Shown piece after piece: positions 55,872 to 64,000 of a stretch of DNA of 64,000 bases. The DNA lies in assembly GCF_032444005.1 (NCBI RefSeq), contig NC_091283.1:274350001-274414000 (forward strand). The letters run 5' to 3'. This DNA comes from Ranitomeya imitator. Its lineage: Eukaryota. Positions within the stretch are counted from its first letter, which is position 1. The number at the start of each line of letters is the position of its first letter. The notes under the pieces were generated by a model that saw nothing but the letters and a program-made list of their open reading frames with translations, made no database searches and was not told where the DNA came from. A program made the translations under genes and the position numbers.

Positions 55872-57639
55872 TAGATCTCTACTTTTTTTTTTTTTTTTAA
55901 AGTTTTTATATATTTCCGTTCTCACACCCTTCTCGGTGATCATGCAGAATTGGTTTTTTTTTTCCAGTTTCTTGAAATTTTGAAGGTAAAATCTTTATTA
56001 AAATTGGATTTGGTGCATTCATCTCAGTGAGATCCCCAGCAATATCTTTTGTAATTATTGTTTCCAATATCTCGTGTATCTTTACTATTGCGATCGGAAC
56101 AATTTTACATTTTCTGTATCTCGAAGACAAATATTTATTTCTACAAGAGACAGGTGTTTTGTCTTACACCTCCTGGACCCCTGCCAGAGGAACACGATGC
56201 ATGGGAACACGGTGTCTCCTCGGATGACCCTTTTTTTTCTGTTTATTTTTACTTTTTTTTTTTTTTTTTTGTATTTTGCTTTACTTTTTTTCATGTATGT
56301 ATTTCTCCATTTTGTTTTCTATTTTTTCTTACTTTTTTACATTATTTGTATTTTTTTTTTTTACTGTTTTCTATTCCATTTTTTATCTTTATTTTAAAAC
56401 TTTTCTATTTTTATTTTTATATATTTTCTTTCAGAATCTCTTTTGCTTAAATTTTTTCTCAGTTATCATTTTCTTTTATTTTTTACTTTTTTTACTTTAC
56501 TGGGTTTTTTTTTTATACATTTTATTTTTCACTTTTTTACCACTCTGTTCATTTTTTTCTACTCTTTTTTTTTTTTTTACTTTGTATTCTTGTGTATGTT
56601 TTCTATTTTTCTATAAGTTCTTTCCTTTTTATTTTATTTTTAATTTGTTCATTTTCTTTCAGTGTTACTTACATTTTTCTCTTTTACTTTTTATTTTTGT
56701 TTATATTATTGTTTTTTTTATTTGTACCATTTTGTTTCAGTTTTTTTCTTGCTACTATTTTTTTTTTTTTTTTTTTTACTTTTTGTGTTTTTGTATGTTT
56801 TCTATTTTTCTTTTTATTTTTTATTTAGCAAATTGTGCTCCGTTGCCTTTTCTTTTGCTTATGGTACCAAGGGGGATAAAGGGACACCACATCAAAGATC
56901 AAGCTAGGGCCCTTGTTCTGGTGTTTTTGTTTTTTGTTTGTATTTTACCCATGAGGGAAGGACCCAGTGTAAAATCTATTTATAATGGGATCCGTCTGTT
57001 TAATTGATTGACGATCATTAATTTCGTTCTATATTTAAGTCGGCGCAGCTCAACGATTACTCCCAAGACCAAACCCAGCTGATTTTATATGTCCGGGCAT
57101 GTTCCTCCCCGGTCTATAGAAACTGGTAGCCGTCACCTCCTTCATCGTGCATCGACCCGTCTCTTGTAAGGGGGCAGCATTTCTTGGTAATGAAAAAGAG
57201 ACCACCGCAGCATCGAGTATTTAAGAAGGAGATTCGTGTGGGTAACGTGGTGAGGTCAAGGCCGTGTTGAACCAACAAAAACCATCCGGTCTTGTATTTC
57301 AGGTTTGTCATACACCTACAGAAAAAAAGAAAAATGCAGGAAAAATCCTCAGACCCCTACTAGAAAAATATGCTGCCGATTTATGGAGGTTTTTATTACC
57401 CCCTCCATGGTTGACTACTTGGTGAGATTCCTTCATACCGCAGCTTGGCAGTGGGAAATCTGTGTAATGGGAAGCCGCGGCTCGCAGAGGTCTCCGTGTT
57501 ACAACCTGTTGCGCTGTGCACGGTGTGGGCGGGAGGCAGCAGGTGCGTTTTAATACCTGTAGGCTACAGCTAATACCAGAGGATCCATTCCTTCACATAA
57601 GGCTCGGCAGGTGGAAGGCACTGACACAGGGAGAAATAA

Positions 57640-58660
57640 CTTAACACGAACGCTGTTTGGTCATGCAGTCCCTTATAACAGAGAAGAAATGCGTGACCGA
57701 AACGCGTCGGTGGACTCCTTTATTGGCCTCAAACTTGCAACAGGGAAATGACTCCTGGACCCCAGTTAGATCTGTATATGTCTCTGCACCCAATGTAGCT
57801 AATGTTCCTGAATCACCTCTAGCCTTACAAATACGTTCCCAGAAGCATTTTGTGCATTCAGAACATAATAGATGTAATGCATGACCGAAACGCGTTGTAT
57901 AACCTCTATCTGTCATTTGCTCTGGGCATTGGGTTTAGGGCAGTTTGTAAAACTACTGATGCACAGCCAACCTCGCACATTCTTGTGAGACTATCTCTGA
58001 CATGTATCATTAATGAAATGTATGACCGAAACGCGTTGACTAACCTTTATCTGTGTGCTTAGTGCATTGAGTATAGGGCACTGTGTAAAACTGCTGATGC
58101 ACAGCCAACCTCGCACATCCTTGTGAGACCAACACCGGCATGTATCATTAATGAAATGTATGACCGAAACGCGTTAGTTACTGGCTGATTTTTGTTTTTT
58201 GGGGGTTGTGGGCGGAAATTTCATGCATTATTTTATAAGGAGCAGCCAGGAGAAGTTGGCAGCTTCTCACTGAGGCATTTGCAGGCATCTATTCGTTATT
58301 TTCATTGCATGGGAAAACATAGGACCGAAACGCGTTGCTTTATATGTCCACTTCTTTTGAACACTCAAGGTTTTGTAATTTGGTCTCACAGAAACATTTT
58401 CTCCTGTATTTCAGACATGTAGTTCTTTATTCTCATGGCATGGGGTATCAGGTGAACGAAACGCATTAAAAAAACAAATATATTTGGGGGTTTTTTATTG
58501 CTGAAGGTGGTGGTCCAGTGGATTTATTGGCAGAGGCTGTGAGTTCGTGTTGGACCCCAAGCATAAATCAATCAATTAAAAAGTGACATTTCTCAGTTTC
58601 GGAAACAGTTCTTATTCTCAAAGCCTGCGTGAAAAGCAGGACCGAAGCGCGTTAGAAAAC
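57640..58660 (+). repeat. Degenerate tandem units (~130-190 bp), each ending in GACCGAAACGCGT
   Basis: Motif at 57699, 57887, 58028, 58166, 58327, 58458 (variant) and 58644 (variant); units 3 and 4 are near-identical. Confidence 0.75.
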
Positions 58661-58809
58661 TATTCTTTTTTTTTTTGTTTTGTTTTTTATAGTGAATTCG
58701 ATTTTTTTTTTTTGTTTGTTTGTTTGTTTTTATGGAGGTTATGAGCAATCAATAAAAAAGGAAAACTTCACTGAAACAGTTGTTGATGCGTTTTGGTCAT
58801 ATATTCTCG

Positions 58810-59675
58810 ACTGAGAGAGGTTAGTTGTACTTGCAGTCACATAAATGCAGGACTGATATGGGTTAGCTGCACTTGCAGTCACATAAATGCAGGACTGATA
58901 CGGGTTAGCTGCACTTGCAGTCACATAAATGCAGGACTGACACAGTTTAGCTGCACTTGCAGTCACATAAATGCAGGACTGATACGAGTTAGCTGCACTT
59001 GCAGTCACATAAATGCAGGACTGATACGGGTTAGCTGCACTTGCAGTCACATAAATGCAGGACTGACACAGGTTAGCTGCACTTGCAGTCACATAAATGC
59101 AGGACTGATACGAGTTAGCTGCACTTGCAGTCACATAAATGCAGGACTGACACAGGTTAGCTGCACTTGCAGTCACATAAATGCAGGACTGATACGAGTT
59201 AGCTGCACTTGCAGTCACAAATGCAGGACTGACACAAGTTAGCTGCACTTGCAGTCACATAAATGCAGGACTGATACAGGTTAGCTGCACTTGCAGTCAC
59301 ATAAATGCAGGACTGATACGGGTTAGCTGCACTTGCAGTCACAAATGCAGGACTGACACAGGTTAGCTGCACTTGCAGTCACAAATGCAGGACTGATACG
59401 AGTTAGCTGCACTTGCAGTCACATAAATGTAGGCATGACACAGGTTAGCTGCACTTGCAGTCACATAAATGCAGGAATGACACGGGTTAGCTGCACTTGC
59501 AGTCACATAAATGCAGGACTGACACGGGTTAGCTGCACTTGCAGTCACATAAATGCAGGACTGACACGGGTTAGCTGCACTTGCAGTCACATAAATGCAG
59601 GACTGATACGAGTTAGCTGCACTTGCAGTCACATAAATGCAGGACTGATACGTGTTAGCTGCACTTGCAGTCACA
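58810..59675. repeat. 42-bp minisatellite (gttagctgcacttgcagtcacataaatgcaggactgatacgg)
   Basis: 14-codon periodicity in the ORF track; direct tandem units. Confidence 0.95.
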
Positions 59676-60129
59676 TTTTAGTTTTTTTCTTCTTGTGATG
59701 ATTTTATGTTTTGTGATACATGCTTATATAAACGCGATTCGCAGCTTAGAATAAATAATGCATTTCCGAAACGTGCTGTCGAAAGTCTTCTCTTGTTTTG
59801 GTAGATTTTTTTTATGGATGTATGGAGCTGATTTTCCTCCCACCCTATCCGGTTTGGCAGTATTACTGTCCGCCCGCAGAGTGCGGCGATGATAAACTGG
59901 CTGATTGAGGAGGTTTTAGCTGTGTACCCGAAGCCTGGGCGGGCCGTGCTGGGCGTGTGACTGATTATTATTGTTATTATTATCATTAGACGGGTTTTGA
60001 TCCTGCTGCTTTTCCGCCAAGCCTTATTAGGTGTTCCCCGTGTATGTCAAGAAACGCGTTTCCGGTGCTAAGCCATGTGATGAATCTGTGTCGTCCTCGC
60101 CCTCTGCAGTCATTTACTGCTCCATTAAT

Positions 60130-60165
<36 letters not shown>

Positions 60166-61699
60166 TGTATATGTCCTGCCTGTAAGTTGGAACTTTTTCT
60201 TAAAGGGCCCCCTCCAGCCTGTAATCACCAGGGTCGCCAGACCCCATCCCTCCCTCCTCGCTTTCGGCTCGGTGACAGATTAATTATTCTTAATAGTTCT
60301 CCGGTCGTCATTTCGTTGCTTTTTTTTTCTTCGTCCTGACTCCTCGAGCGATTATTAAGGCCCTAAATTTAGCCGCTTATTAAGTGGGAGTCGCCGGCTG
60401 ATTGGCCACTTTCCCGAGGCGTTAGTGCGGGACCTTTCTGAGATAACGAGACACAGGTCCATTGGCTGCAATGATTCACCCGCGGAGGAAAATAGAACAG
60501 GGCAATCGCTTAAATTGCAATCCCATAATACACTTTAAAGGAGTAAAGCTCAGAAGGGAAGGTGTCCCTGTGCCCATATTCCTTGGCCATACATTGGGGG
60601 TGGCTTTTTCTTCTTGGAAGGAAGCCACAATCGAGTGGGACGCACCGCTCCCAGGACAGGATTTACTGAGGATAAAAAACAAAACAAAACCTGCCTTCTC
60701 GGGCCAGTCAGACAACATTTCACTCGCTAATGAGCGTCTTCCAATTTCTGGTTTTAAGAATTCTGAGGCTGCGGGGCAGATATTACCGTTCCTTTAAATG
60801 CAGGGGCTTTTCTGGGGGTTGTAGTGCTTGTCATAGGATCACTACCATCTTTGGATAATTTCATGTTTTATTCATTGAAAATAAGATAATAAAGAGATCA
60901 CTGCAGGGGAATCGGTGGGGAAATGTTTCAGTAAGTGTTTAATTTAATAACAGCACTCCCTCAGGAGAATTGGGGTATTACACTATGTCTACATAGATAA
61001 ATAGAATGTCTGTGCAATGCAGTGCAGAACAGGTCCTCCAGAGCCAGACTCGCCCCGGCTAAAGGGTTCCCACCCGCCATTTATTAACTTTAGATTGTCA
61101 AAGTCATGAGCATCAATCTAAAGTGGTAATTGTTACTATCAGTATCGATTATATTTGAAGCGCGTTTGCACTTTTTTTTAACATAAGATCAGTTAATACA
61201 GCTAGGCTGCCCACATTTGCCTCAGTGCATCCGAAATGCGTAACAAACCTTGCTTTAACTCAATTTTTTAAAAACATCCGGTCGTTTTGTGTACGCAGCT
61301 CCTATGCAGATCTAGGTCTCTCCATGGTATCAGACTACAAAGAAATCTTGTGTAGCCTGATCCGGCCCTTCTTTATTCTGTTGTCACTTGACTAGCTACA
61401 GTACATTATACCACAGAAGCTAATCCAAGGCCTTTTGACTGGACCCACCCGGTCACGTGGCTGGACGACGCGCGTCATGGCGTGAAGTCAATCTGAGGCC
61501 TTTGAATGGCGTCATGTGGGGCTTGACGCGTATGGTGACTGGACTAACGCCACATGTATCGGACCCCCATGTGACTACGTGGAGCCAAGTTTATTAGGAG
61601 TGATCATAACTGCCAGACAAATTTGAGGAAACCTGACCAAATTTTGCTTGTAAACTTTAGTCGTGTGTGAGGGAGAAGAATGGAGAAAGGTGGGAGTTT

Positions 61700-63830
61700 A
61701 AGTGAGAAACTTAATTGGGGATGCCAACTGAGTTCTGAACCTGTAGCTCTATAGTGGGTGAGGGGAGAGGACATATAGAAGCACAAGGTTAAGTATTAGG
61801 TGAAGGGTAATAGGTTTGAGCGAGCATTTCCATCATGTATCACCACTAAGCTCTGGAGCTCCACAGTGAGATGGGGAGGAACATAAAGACAAGGTAGAAC
61901 TTTAGCAGAAGGGAGGATAGTTGAGCGAGCAGCTCCACAGGTAATGCCCACTGAGCTCTGAACCTGCAGCTTTACAGTGGAAGAGAAAGGAGGACATATA
62001 GAAACACAAAGTAAAATATTAGGCAAACTGTAATGGGTTTGAGCAAGCGTTTCCATCGGGGATGCCCACTAAGTTCTGGAGTTGAAGCTCCACAGTGGGA
62101 TGGGGAGAAACCTAAAGACAAACATGGTAGAACATTAACAGTAGGGAGGATAGTGAAGTGAGGAATTCCACGTGTAATGCCCACTAGGCTCTGAACCTGC
62201 AGCTCTACAGTGGAAGACAAAAGAGGATATATAGAAACAAGGTAAAATATAAGGCAAAGGATAATAGGTTTGATAGAGTATTTCCATCGGGGATGCCCAT
62301 TAAGTTCTGGAGCTGAAGCTCCACAGTAGGATGGGGAGGAACATGAAGACAAACATGGTAGAACATTAACAGTTGGGAGGATAGTTGAGTGAGCAGCTCA
62401 ACAGATAATGCCCACTGAGCTCTGAACTTGCAGCTTTATGCTGGGAGAGGGAAGAGGACATATATAATCCCAAGGTAAAATATTAGGTGAAGGGTAATTG
62501 GTTTGAGCGAGTATTTCCATAGTGGATGCCCACTAAGCTCTGGAGCTGAAGCTCCACAGTGGGATGGGGAGGAACATAAAAACCAACAAGGTAGAAAATG
62601 AGCAGAAGGGAGGATAGTTGAGCCAGCAGCTGCACTGCTAATGCCCACTAAGCTCTGAACCTGCTGCTCTACAGTGGAAGAGAAAGGAGGACATATAGAA
62701 GCACAAGGTAAAATATTAAGAGAAGGATAATAGGTTTGAGCAAGCATTTCCATCGGGGATGCCCACTAAGCACTGGAGCTGAAGCTCCACAGTGGGATGG
62801 GGAGGAACACGATGACAAGCTTAGTAGAACATTAGTAGAAGGGAGGATAGTTGAGTGAGCAGCTCCACAGGTAATGCCCACTGAGCTCTGAACCTGCAGC
62901 TCTACAGTGGAAGAGAAAGGAGGACATATAGAAACACAAGGTAAAATATTATGCGAAGGGTAATGGGTTTGAGAAAGCATTTCCATCGGGGATGCCCACT
63001 AAGCTCTGGAGCTGAAGCTTCACAGTGGGATGGGGAGGAACATAAAGACAAACATGATAGAACATTAGCAGAAGGGAGGATAGTGAAGTGAGCAGCTCCA
63101 CAGGTAATGCCCACTGAGCTCTGAACCTGCAGCTCTACAGTGGAAGAGAAAGGAGGACATATAAAAACTAGGTAAAATATTAAGCGAAGGGTAATAAGTT
63201 TGAGGGAGCATTTCCATTGGGGTTGCCCACTAAGCTCTAGAGCTGAAGCTCCACAGTGGGATGGGGAGGAACATAAAGACAAACATGGTAGAACATTAGC
63301 AGAAGGGAGGATAGTTGAGTGAGCAACTCCACAGGTAATGCCCACTGAGCTCTGAACCTGCAGCTCTACAGTGGGAGAGAAAAGAGATGCGAGCAAACTA
63401 GGAAGAACAATGCAAGAAGGTAAAGGGGAAAACCCACTAAGCCCTGAACTTGCAGTATTACAGTGGTAGTGGGAAAGAAACAAACATACGGACACATAAG
63501 GTAAAATATTAGGAAAAGAGTGGTAGGTTTCAGCAACCAGGTCTATAGCGGATGTCCATGATTCTCTGGAGCTGTAGCTCCAGAGTTGAAGAGGGACAGA
63601 AGGACTTAGACACAGGATAGAACATTAGGACAAAAAGCGGATAGTTTGGTGAGCAGCTCCATAGGTAGTGCCCACTGAGATCTGAACCTGCAGCTCTAAT
63701 GTGAGAGGGAGGAGATGTTGGCAATCAAGGTAGAACAATGCAAGAAGGTAAAGGGTTTGAACAAGCAGCTTCATAGGGAACACCCACTAAGCTCTAAACC
63801 TGCAGCTCCATAAGGTATAAGCAGGTCTTC
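61700..63830. repeat. 233-bp dimeric satellite (~9 units)
   Basis: Repeat ORFs start at 233-bp offsets (62436, 62669, 62902); each unit consists of two related ~116-bp halves. Confidence 0.9.
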
Positions 63831-64000
63831 TAGATTAAAAATGCCCAAATCACCCTGAAATAAATAGAAACCCATGTCATACAATAAACCTGCCACAGCT
63901 GAGGGTTTGTTACAATGTTTTAGTCTAATCAGTGCTCTGACAGCTAGACTCATGAGCAGCCTAGATAATCTCTTCTGACATGACCGCTTGATAATATATA

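Overview
Vertebrate genomic DNA, most likely a frog (inferred from the repeat repertoire: CR1, L2, V-SINE, Tc1, Harbinger, T2/Kolobok MITE, Helitron). The + strand carries coding exons 1-13 of TBCD (tubulin-specific chaperone D; 17787-38677, 1303 coding nt, all GT-AG, frame continuous), probably preceded by a non-coding first exon in a CpG-rich promoter at ~16.0-16.25 kb. I could not find exon 14 in the window. ZNF750 (2 coding exons, ~628 aa) is nested antisense in TBCD intron 13. The rest is mostly transposons and tandem repeats. A 29-bp minisatellite is split by a nested stack (CR1 > Harbinger > Helitron, Tc2-like element and two Tc1; one Tc1 contains a 352-bp inverted-repeat Penelope-like insert). 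There are three Tc1 transposase ORFs with intact DD34E triads, a complete non-autonomous Helitron, a piggyBac-like element, several MITEs, and about 12 distinct minisatellites. Five N-gaps are present. Most long ORFs in the supplied track are tandem-repeat artefacts. I see no clearly new protein-coding system. The best novelty candidates are a tandem series of hammerhead-like GAAACGCGT modules (57.6-58.7 kb) and the palindromic Penelope-like insert.
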